This document shows, one piece after another, positions 8,024 through 15,228 of a stretch of DNA of 34,020 bases (its first letter is position 1; each line of letters opens with the position of its first letter). Where the stretch lies: the IMG/VR virus record IMGVR_UViG_3300005573_000208, positions 1-34,020 of that record; one strand, written 5' to 3'. The notes below the pieces were generated by a model. That model worked only from the letters and a program-made list of their open reading frames with translations. It was not told the origin of the DNA and made no database searches. The stretch comes from a virus. Lineage: Duplodnaviria > Caudoviricetes. The translations under genes and the position numbers were made by a program.

Positions 8024-9010
8024 ATGAACCTTGACTTAATGAAATTACCTGCATCGCATTTTAAGATTGCGATAGTTTGCTTATTCTTGACTGACCAAGA
8101 AACCGGAGAGCTTATAATTAGTGCCAGAAAATTGGCAGACATCTGCAGAGTTAGCAGAATAGTAGTTAGAACAGCTCTTAAAAACTTAACCGAATTAGGG
8201 CTTCTAATTATAGAAAACTCGCAAGGAAAGCAGAAAATAAAAATAGCCCACCCAGAAAGCCAATTTTCATCAATAAAATCAGAGATTTGCAAACAGGCAG
8301 ATTTCAAAGATAGCCCACCCAAGATAGCAAAAATAGCCCACAAAATAGCCCACCCAGAAAGCCAATTTTTGTCAATAAAATCAGATACCTATAAACAAGA
8401 CGATTCTTTAGATAGCCCACAAAATAGCCCACTTTCGCAAAGCTTGCAAAAAACATTTATAGATATATCTAACGTTAAGCAATTAAGTATACCTGGATTA
8501 TATATAACAGTTAAAGATAATAATATTACCCCCCCGGGGATCCCCCCCAAAAAATTAGAGAGTCCTAGCCCTAAAAAACCCACTAAAAAGAAGACTGATA
8601 AGGATAACCCGCCTGACCCTAGAGTCAAGCAATTTGTAGATAAAGCTTGCCAGTCATTTAAAGAAAAGACCGGCAAGCCTTATCCGAATTCTGCTATCCC
8701 CCGGATAGTTAAGCAGGTAAAATCATCCTTATCATCATACTCTCTGGATGACCTTCTAAACTTTTGGCATAAATATCTGAATACAGAATTTTGGTTTGAT
8801 AAAGGAACCGGGAAAAGCCTAACGGTCTTTTTCAATCATCTGCCAGAGATAGTTAGCTATAAACCCTTAAATGCCCAATCTGTAAAACAAGCTGGTTCTG
8901 TTCTAACTATAACAGAGCTAATTCAGATAAAAGAAAAAGTCAAACGAGGAGAAATAACTATGGAACAGGCAGAGATGATGCTTATGCCTAAAAATAGGGA
9001 GATTAACTGA
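8024..9010 (+). CDS. Replication initiator (lambda O/DnaD-like)
   Basis: N-terminal winged HTH (ISARKLADICRVSRIVVRTALKNLTELGLL), internal iterons, upstream of the DnaC-like gene. Confidence 0.8.
   Translation: MNLDLMKLPASHFKIAIVCLFLTDQETGELIISARKLADICRVSRIVVRTALKNLTELGLLIIENSQGKQKIKIAHPESQFSSIKSEICKQADFKDSPPKIAKIAHKIAHPESQFLSIKSDTYKQDDSLDSPQNSPLSQSLQKTFIDISNVKQLSIPGLYITVKDNNITPPGIPPKKLESPSPKKPTKKKTDKDNPPDPRVKQFVDKACQSFKEKTGKPYPNSAIPRIVKQVKSSLSSYSLDDLLNFWHKYLNTEFWFDKGTGKSLTVFFNHLPEIVSYKPLNAQSVKQAGSVLTITELIQIKEKVKRGEITMEQAEMMLMPKNREIN
8240..8432. repeat. Iteron cluster, putative replication origin
   Basis: ATAGCCCAC at 8243, 8310, 8333, 8345, 8412 and 8424. A 102-bp-period duplication and an IHF-like AATCAGagatTTG at 8277. 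Confidence 0.8.
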
Positions 9011-9014
9011 TGGA

Positions 9015-9084
9015 TAAGGGGGTATATCGCATAAGGTCTCAAAAACGCCCTATAATTGATTTAATCGCTTTTAAGAGGTATTTT
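9015..9084 (+). repeat. Copy A of a long-range inverted repeat (partner 33759-33828)
   Basis: 9044-9073 is the exact reverse complement of 33771-33800, 9015-9027 of 33816-33828, and 9077-9084 of 33759-33766. Contains TATAAT at 9051. Confidence 0.95.
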
Positions 9085-9120
9085 TAAGGGGGGTCTCGGA
9101 AGACAGGAAGGGGGTATTGA

Positions 9121-9951
9121 ATGGCAGAAAAAGGTTTAATTGAACAGGTTGCTCAAAAAGGGAACATTTTTCTGGATCAAGTGCAAGAGATAAAAGGACA
9201 GATAATGGGGCAATGTAAACGCCATCCGGGAATCTGGTATCCTGTAATAGCCCCAGCCGAGAGCCTAGATGTATTTGGGAAATATATTGCAGTTGCCTGT
9301 CCGGAATGTGATAAGGAATGCGAAGAATGGCAAGAAGGGCAAAGAAAAAAAGAAAAAGACTTAAGAGTTAGAAATTTAATTAGACACGCTTGCCTACCGC
9401 CTAAACACCTAGAATTCCTGAATAAGCATCCATCTGTTTTGCCTTATTGTGAAGGACAAGCGCAAGCTTTTTCATTATTCTGGAAAACCATTCAAAGACC
9501 TCATACCGGGGCAATTTTATACGGTAATCAAGGAACTGGGAAGAGCCTAATGTTAAGCTGGGGTATTTTCAGGCTTGCCAAAGAAGAACTCGCTGGCTTT
9601 TATACTACCGCTCTGGAAATCTATCAGGAATGGAAACGAGATTTTCAGCACGAGATAGAGTTCAGGGATACCCTCTGTTCCTATGATATTCTAGCAATAG
9701 ACGAAGCAGACATATTCCCTCGCCATAGAGCAGATAGAGGAATTGAGGGAATCTGGTTTCTGCTCAATCAAATAATCACTCGCAGGATAGATAATGATCT
9801 TCCAATCTGGCTTGCAACTAATGCTACGCTCCAAGAGCTTGAAGAAATATATGGCTCTCGCTCTATAAGACGGATATTGCAAGACGGAATAGCGATAGAG
9901 TGTAACTGGAATAGTTACCGGGACTTTAATTTTATAGGGAGAGAACAATGA
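9121..9951 (+). CDS. DnaC/IstB-like helicase-loader ATPase
   Basis: Zn-binding CxxH/CxxC N-terminus, Walker A GNQGTGKS, Walker B ILAIDE, ATN sensor. Confidence 0.88.
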   Translation: MAEKGLIEQVAQKGNIFLDQVQEIKGQIMGQCKRHPGIWYPVIAPAESLDVFGKYIAVACPECDKECEEWQEGQRKKEKDLRVRNLIRHACLPPKHLEFLNKHPSVLPYCEGQAQAFSLFWKTIQRPHTGAILYGNQGTGKSLMLSWGIFRLAKEELAGFYTTALEIYQEWKRDFQHEIEFRDTLCSYDILAIDEADIFPRHRADRGIEGIWFLLNQIITRRIDNDLPIWLATNATLQELEEIYGSRSIRRILQDGIAIECNWNSYRDFNFIGREQ

Positions 9952-10325
9952 TTCAATTTTTTGTAGAAGGAGAACCTGCGCCAGCAGTCAGGAAAAATAG
10001 AAGCGATAGATGGCGCAAAAGGAAAAGTGTTGAAAAAGAATATGAATGGCGCAACTGGCTTACTTTAAGAGCAAGACAATTCCGGACGCAATTTTTCAAT
10101 CTGGAGTTCCCAGTCCGCGTGAAAATAGATTTTTATTTTGAAGGGAAGACAGGTAAAGTGGATGGAGACAATCTTTTTAAGAGTGTAGTAGACGCTCTTG
10201 TTTATGATGGTCTTATCCCTGATGATTCAATCAAATACATCAGCGAAGGCGTTTGGAAAATCTTCTCAAACGCTCCAATGACCAGCGGAGCGATGATCAC
10301 GATTGAGGAGACGAAAAATGATTGA
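9948..10325 (+). CDS. rusA: RusA-family Holliday junction resolvase
   Basis: DGDNLFKSVVDAL...IPDD catalytic signature. Confidence 0.88.
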   Translation: MIQFFVEGEPAPAVRKNRSDRWRKRKSVEKEYEWRNWLTLRARQFRTQFFNLEFPVRVKIDFYFEGKTGKVDGDNLFKSVVDALVYDGLIPDDSIKYISEGVWKIFSNAPMTSGAMITIEETKND

Positions 10326-10539
10326 TTATTTGAGTAGAATTTTACTGATGGTCTTTATTGCTTTTATGATAGCGCTCTCTATTTTAGGCATTATCTATAT
10401 CGGTCAACTATTAAATCATAAGTCAGACCCTTCGCCGGAACCTTCAGACCTAGAACCGGTTATGATTTGTCACGAGTTTCTTGACGGGAAATGGACTTGT
10501 CAGTTTGTGCAGGTTAAGAAAGTGGATGACAAAAAATGA
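10318..10539 (+). CDS. Small membrane protein
   Basis: Single N-terminal TM helix. ATG 10318 follows GAGGAG. Confidence 0.65.
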   Translation: MIDYLSRILLMVFIAFMIALSILGIIYIGQLLNHKSDPSPEPSDLEPVMICHEFLDGKWTCQFVQVKKVDDKK

Positions 10540-10724
10540 ATTTGATAGAGAATATAAAAGATATTCCGGCTCAATGCTATGAATGCGATTGGAGAAAACC
10601 CTGCCGTAATGGCTGGTTTTGTAATCATCCAGCAAGCGACAAGAAAATTCAAATCCGTCATCCATATTGTCGGCTAAAAAATTGCCCGTTAATAAGAGGG
10701 AGCAAAAATGAAAATCAAACTTAA
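10536..10724 (+). CDS. Small Cys-rich protein
   Basis: CYEC, C-NHP, C-PL pattern with ATGA coupling. Confidence 0.65.
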   Translation: MNLIENIKDIPAQCYECDWRKPCRNGWFCNHPASDKKIQIRHPYCRLKNCPLIRGSKNENQT

Positions 10725-10965
10725 ATTTTTCATTGCTAAATGCCCTTATTGTGGGGCTCTTGAAATATGGCAGGAATATGAACCAGGAGCTCAATTTTCC
10801 CATCCAGACTGGGATTATGAACGAGATAAGCTGGCTCCGTGCTTTCATATTAAGCACGATACAATGAATTTTAAGAAAATGAGAGCAAGATTTTATAGTT
10901 CAAAAACGATAGGGAAAAGCAAGCAGGTTCTGATTAAGATTAAGGAAGTTGAGGTTGAGATATGA
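10708..10965 (+). CDS. Small hypothetical protein with CxxC
   Basis: CPYCG...CFH, GAGGGAG SD. Confidence 0.65.
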   Translation: MKIKLKFFIAKCPYCGALEIWQEYEPGAQFSHPDWDYERDKLAPCFHIKHDTMNFKKMRARFYSSKTIGKSKQVLIKIKEVEVEI

Positions 10966-11252
10966 AAAAATCAAATAGCAAAAAACTTGTCAGCAAGAAG
11001 CGCTGGCAAGAGTTTGTGCGAAAAAATTCTTGTAATAGCTATGGTCTATCAGTCTGTTTAGCCGTTTTAATGCTATGGGAGGCTGGCGTAAAAACAAGAA
11101 ATGAGGCATTAGAGAAACTATTAGAATGGCACTTAAGATTATCGGGTTTTCAAGCTGAAACCGCTATTGATATAGCGCTTAATAAGCGTCCGCAGAATTG
11201 GCTAGATAAAAGTATGTGTAAGGTGATGAGAGCTAGGAAAGAGAGGTGGTAA
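10962..11252 (+). CDS. Hypothetical protein
   Basis: ATGA coupling, GAGGT SD. Confidence 0.65.
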   Translation: MKKSNSKKLVSKKRWQEFVRKNSCNSYGLSVCLAVLMLWEAGVKTRNEALEKLLEWHLRLSGFQAETAIDIALNKRPQNWLDKSMCKVMRARKERW

Positions 11253-11417
11253 ATGAATAAGGTCAAATGTGAAGCTTGCGGGAAAGAGGTGGACTATGTG
11301 ATGTCTTTCAAGACACGGGACGGGAAAACTACACGGCAAATCTGCTCTGATTGCTTCAAAAAAGCAACGACTGCGCTTCTGGAAAATTTAAGAAGAAAAA
11401 GGGGTGAAAAAAAATGA
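11253..11417 (+). CDS. Small zinc-ribbon protein (54 aa), not in the ORF track
   Basis: MNKVKCEACGKEV...QICSDCFKK..., fills the gap exactly and is coupled on both sides. Confidence 0.75.
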   Translation: MNKVKCEACGKEVDYVMSFKTRDGKTTRQICSDCFKKATTALLENLRRKRGEKK

Positions 11418-11632
11418 GTAAAAGATTTAATATCATAGCGATGAGCGGCAGTTATTGCGTTTGTCCTGAGTGCGGTTGTGAAGATTTTGAGAAATACCCA
11501 GAGCCGATTGAGATTGATGGCAGGATTTATAATACCCGTATAAGATGCTGTGAATGTGGCTGGGTTGGATTTGATGATGATACCATTGAGGCAGAAGAGA
11601 AAGGGGGTGAGGAAAATGATAAAAATCTCTAA
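11414..11632 (+). CDS. Small zinc-ribbon protein
   Basis: CPECG...CCECG. Confidence 0.7.
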   Translation: MSKRFNIIAMSGSYCVCPECGCEDFEKYPEPIEIDGRIYNTRIRCCECGWVGFDDDTIEAEEKGGEENDKNL

Positions 11633-11807
11633 TCCTGATACATCAGAGATATACGACACTTGGCATCTATGCAAAAGATGCCTCAGCGTATATACGCATA
11701 GTCAGGGGGATTTTGAGGTTATCAAGGGCAGGGAGTGCTGTGTTAATAATTTGATGACCCTGCCAAGTTGGATAAAAGAAATAATCATAGAAAGGAGAGA
11801 AAAATGA
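11616..11807 (+). CDS. Small Cys-containing protein
   Basis: ATG 11616 after GGGGGTGAGG, CKRC...ECC. Confidence 0.65.
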   Translation: MIKISNPDTSEIYDTWHLCKRCLSVYTHSQGDFEVIKGRECCVNNLMTLPSWIKEIIIERREK

Positions 11808-12163
11808 TAGAGAGAGAAGGGCATTGGGTTGTATGTAGAAATTGCGGGAGGGCGATAGATAAGGATGAGGCATATAAGTGGGATGCCAGAGAGAGCATCT
11901 ACGCATCTGGAAATGCTCTCTGCCCCAAATGTGCCAAGAGGTTTTACAAGGCGTGCGACCTATGCGATGGGATTGGGCATATCCAGAAAAAACTTCGCTT
12001 TCCACGAATACAATTCATTCCGAAGATAGGATGGGACGCCCATTTAATCTGGGAGAAGAGAGAGAGATTTCATATCTCGCTTGAGATAGGCGTCCAAATC
12101 AGGGAGACCATCACTTGCCCTATGTGCAATGGGAGCGGTAATCTCAAATGGGGGAAGGAATGA
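11804..12163 (+). CDS. Double zinc-finger protein with DnaJ-type CxxCxGxG motifs
   Basis: CRNC, CPKC, CDLCDGIG, CPMCNGSG. AAGGAG SD. Confidence 0.7.
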   Translation: MIEREGHWVVCRNCGRAIDKDEAYKWDARESIYASGNALCPKCAKRFYKACDLCDGIGHIQKKLRFPRIQFIPKIGWDAHLIWEKRERFHISLEIGVQIRETITCPMCNGSGNLKWGKE

Positions 12164-12624
12164 TAAGCCGGAGCGAAACTCAATTTAAGAGGTTCTTGCG
12201 GTTAGAGTTAGAGAAGGGAGAGAGGCGTTATGGCACTCCCTTTATAGAGCAGAGCATTTTGAGCAGAGGCGAAACCGTTGAGGACTGCATCAAGAAGGAG
12301 CTTGCGGGAGTATATCTTTATGCTACATTGCTCCCCGGCTGGAGGGCTTGGTTAGCCCGAAAGGGCGCTTATCTGTTATTCCAGATCACAAGACCAGAGT
12401 TTCTGAAGAACCCATTCCGAAATAGCTGGTGCAATAAGCACGGAATGGAAATAATTATCTCTCGTCCTCATTGGTATGGCTGGATGAAAATTAGTTTGAA
12501 ATGGAAGAGAAAACATAAAGGGAAAACCCCACTCATTGGAATAAAAATCTGGCATCCAAACGATGCATACGCAACACTATTTGAATTAGATTTCTTTAAT
12601 TTCTCATTCAAGATAGAGTTTTAA
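12160..12624 (+). CDS. Hypothetical protein, last gene of the + arm
   Basis: ATGA coupling at 12160. Confidence 0.6.
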   Translation: MISRSETQFKRFLRLELEKGERRYGTPFIEQSILSRGETVEDCIKKELAGVYLYATLLPGWRAWLARKGAYLLFQITRPEFLKNPFRNSWCNKHGMEIIISRPHWYGWMKISLKWKRKHKGKTPLIGIKIWHPNDAYATLFELDFFNFSFKIEF

Positions 12625-12635
12625 GGCGCTCAACC

Positions 12636-12926
12636 TTATGGCTCTTTATCAGGCTTCTTATTGTTTTTCCAGTCCAAATACTTTGCCCAGCCGTAAATAG
12701 AGCCAAGAAGAGCAGTGATCCCCCCAAGCAAGGATACTGCAGAAATCAAAGATTCTACAAAAAACTCTTGCTCTAGTTTCAGAATACGCTCAAGAATAAG
12801 GGTGGTATAGATAAAGACTAGCCCTATACCTACCAGCAGAAGCGTTCTGCTGATACTCAAGCGGTTATTCATACCACGCACAAGGTCATTCAGGTCTTTG
12901 CGCAAACTCATTAAATCACCCCGCAA
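12636..12926 (-). CDS. Holin-like two-TM protein
   Basis: Two hydrophobic helices, charged C-tail, close to the endolysin. Confidence 0.6.
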   Translation of the reverse strand: MRGDLMSLRKDLNDLVRGMNNRLSISRTLLLVGIGLVFIYTTLILERILKLEQEFFVESLISAVSLLGGITALLGSIYGWAKYLDWKNNKKPDKEP

Positions 12927-13126
12927 TATAGAAAAACAAGAAAAATGATAATCAAGAATAATACAATAAAAGTTAGCAAGCGCAAAACCGGATCAGCAAA
13001 ATGTTTCTTGAACCGATACCATTGCAACTGCCAAAATGTCATATACCTTCTCCCTTCAGTCCTACCCCACTTGGCGTCCCAAACGGGATAATACGCGGGG
13101 TAGCGTTTTGGATAACGCTCTCTCAT
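12911..13126 (-). CDS. Small membrane protein
   Basis: C-terminal hydrophobic helix, overlaps both neighbours. Confidence 0.5.
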   Translation of the reverse strand: MRERYPKRYPAYYPVWDAKWGRTEGRRYMTFWQLQWYRFKKHFADPVLRLLTFIVLFLIIIFLVFLYCGVI

Positions 13127-13259
13127 CGCACATATCCCCCCAAATTAAATCATTCTCTTTACGACATTTACTGCAAAGCCTATTCCAATTTCCTTCACTT
13201 AGAAAAGGTTCTCCGCATTTAAGACATTCTCTTATTTGCCCATCTTTTTTTCTACTCAT
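13062..13259 (-). CDS. Small zinc-ribbon protein
   Basis: RECLKCGEPFLSEG..NRLCSKC, ATGA-coupled to the amidase. Confidence 0.65.
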   Translation of the reverse strand: MSRKKDGQIRECLKCGEPFLSEGNWNRLCSKCRKENDLIWGDMCDERALSKTLPRVLSRLGRQVG

Positions 13260-13795
13260 ACCAGAAAATCCCTTACCCCTCTCGCAATAGCTTGCGCTAT
13301 TTTTTCTCTACCGTCAAGCGATTGCAGAAAAGTGCATTCAAAGAAGTTAGTGATAAATCCAGCTTCTATTAGACAAGCTGGAGCTATTGTATGATGCAGG
13401 ACATACAAGCTGGAATGCTGGCTCTTACTCTCGTGTTTTATGCCTCTACCAGTTAAATCAGAGATAGTCTTTAACCTCTCGGCAATACATTCAGCAAGCT
13501 CTCGCCCCTTATCTGAAAAATAAAAAATCTCCCATCCTTTCGCATTTGGGTCAGAAGCCGAGTTGTGATGAATGCTGATAAAAGCATCTGGCTTGACCTC
13601 ATTCTCTATCTCGCATCGTTTAGCGAGTGTTAGGTCTCGGTCAGTCTCTCTCGTCAAGACGCTCTCTATACCTTGATTATCAAGCTCACGACGCAATTGA
13701 AGCGCAAGCTTCAAATTCAGATCAGCCTCTCTTATCGCTAGATGCACTGCTCCGGGGTCTATTCCGCCGTGTCCCGGATCAATCATAACCTTCAT
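13256..13795 (-). CDS. Endolysin, N-acetylmuramoyl-L-alanine amidase (Amidase_3)
   Basis: IDPGHGG.DPGA, E, SIHHN, LIEAGF motifs. ATG 13795 follows GAGG. Confidence 0.95.
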   Translation of the reverse strand: MKVMIDPGHGGIDPGAVHLAIREADLNLKLALQLRRELDNQGIESVLTRETDRDLTLAKRCEIENEVKPDAFISIHHNSASDPNAKGWEIFYFSDKGRELAECIAERLKTISDLTGRGIKHESKSQHSSLYVLHHTIAPACLIEAGFITNFFECTFLQSLDGREKIAQAIARGVRDFLV

Positions 13796-13858
13796 TTCTG
13801 CCTCTTCCTCTCTTTTTAATTCAAAACGATTAGCCAGCAGAATGGTCTGCATATAAAT

Positions 13859-13887
13859 ATAATACACTTAAGCGGAAGCAATCTCAA
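13859..13887 (-). promoter_or_regulatory. Putative sigma70 promoter for the endolysin
   Basis: TTGAGA-17-TATTAT in an intergenic gap. Confidence 0.55.
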
Positions 13888-13891
13888 CTTT

Positions 13892-14170
13892 TCAACTTTC
13901 ATCATCATTTATTCCTAATTTAACCGCTATCTTTAACACTCTTTTATCAATCGCCTGTAATATTCTTGCCTGTTCTCCAACAATCTTCTCCAGTCGTTCG
14001 GAATTATCATTAACAGCTTTATGACGCTCTTTACAGACACTTTCAGATACTTTACAATCTATTCTGCCGTTGAGATTAGCCCATCCCCACGCAAAAGCGC
14101 CAATCATTAAAGCTCCAAGACCTGCTATAGTCCCGATTATACCTATATATTCAGCCATCTCCATAATCAT
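13892..14170 (-). CDS. Single-TM coiled-coil protein (holin-like or lysis accessory)
   Basis: N-terminal TM helix then coiled coil, just upstream of the endolysin. Confidence 0.6.
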   Translation of the reverse strand: MIMEMAEYIGIIGTIAGLGALMIGAFAWGWANLNGRIDCKVSESVCKERHKAVNDNSERLEKIVGEQARILQAIDKRVLKIAVKLGINDDES

Positions 14171-14344
14171 TTATCCTGTATCTATTTTTTCAGATTGCTG
14201 GACTTCATTCAAAGTATCTGCAGATTTCTTTAAGCCTTCTATCAATTGCTCTTTAGAGATAGTAGGTAAAGATGAAGTCGTCTGCTCATCAGTCTTCTTT
14301 TTAGAAGGCTGATTAACAATTTTTATTTGCCTAATAGTATCCAT
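14171..14344 (-). CDS. Small hypothetical protein (57 aa), not in the ORF track
   Basis: MDTIRQIKIVNQPSKKKTDEQ..., fills the gap between 14170 and 14347. Confidence 0.65.
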   Translation of the reverse strand: MDTIRQIKIVNQPSKKKTDEQTTSSLPTISKEQLIEGLKKSADTLNEVQQSEKIDTG

Positions 14345-14346
14345 TT

Positions 14347-14790
14347 TTATTTCCCGTGCAGGTAGTGCCCTACAATAACTCCAGAGATATTTACGGTAGC
14401 TGGGGCACCTGGAGTTATCCAGACTTGAACATAAGGCGGAAAAGGTAATCCTTTTAAAATCCAGAAAACTGGATTACCAGCAAATAATTCGGAACCACTC
14501 CCAGCTGTAAATTCAGCGTAATCAGATATTTGGATATAATTCTCTGTAATATCTTTATTTTCATCTAATTCTGCGCTTGCTCTGATAGAGATTGTGCATT
14601 GAGAACCGCTAGCTTGTTCTACCCAAAATCCTAATGCGCCTAGCTGTTTTGTATCTATCGCAGGCGTAATAGGAACAGGGTCAGTTCCGCCAGATGTGCT
14701 TGCCTCAAATTTTTGCACATACCCTTTTTCTGGCGATGATGAATGAAAAGTTGGCTGTGGAACCTGATTAAAACTCGGCGAATAAGTCAT
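14347..14790 (-). CDS. Small beta-rich putative virion protein, paralog B
   Basis: Shares MTYSPSF, FHS, PAIDT and SxEL motifs with 14794-15228. Confidence 0.65.
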   Translation of the reverse strand: MTYSPSFNQVPQPTFHSSSPEKGYVQKFEASTSGGTDPVPITPAIDTKQLGALGFWVEQASGSQCTISIRASAELDENKDITENYIQISDYAEFTAGSGSELFAGNPVFWILKGLPFPPYVQVWITPGAPATVNISGVIVGHYLHGK

Positions 14791-14793
14791 TTT

Positions 14794-15228
14794 TTAATAC
14801 CTCCTTCTTTCTTTTTTAGGATGATGATAATCTGCAGTCCAGTAAATAGTTATATCGCTCTCTCCTCTTAAATGCTGTCCAACGAACTGAATATATCTAG
14901 GGAATAATACAGCAGTTTGATATGCTATAAATATGCCACCAGATATTTGGGCGTTTCCTAAAAAGCCTATATCCACTAGCTTATTGATATTAAGATTATT
15001 ATCCTCTCCAAGCTCTTCTGAGCCATAGCATCCTATTATCGCACCATTTGGATTAGATAAAATACCGAGAATAGATATTCCCGCAACTTGTCTGGTATCT
15101 ATTGCAGGAGAAATCCAGTCTAGGGTTGCCCCAAAATGTCCTGTAGATTTAAATCTCCAGGGCGCATTCGGAGGGCCGCTATGAAATTTCGGCTGAGAAA
15201 AATTATCAAAACTCGGCGAATATGTCAT
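14794..15228 (-). CDS. Small beta-rich putative virion protein, paralog A
   Basis: Same shared motifs, ATGA-coupled to the 1300-aa gene. Confidence 0.65.
   Translation of the reverse strand: MTYSPSFDNFSQPKFHSGPPNAPWRFKSTGHFGATLDWISPAIDTRQVAGISILGILSNPNGAIIGCYGSEELGEDNNLNINKLVDIGFLGNAQISGGIFIAYQTAVLFPRYIQFVGQHLRGESDITIYWTADYHHPKKERRRY

Noticed and set aside
9044-9073. Classical dif/loxP-type core site
   Set aside because: The 30-mer has no internal dyad symmetry and does not resemble the dif consensus.
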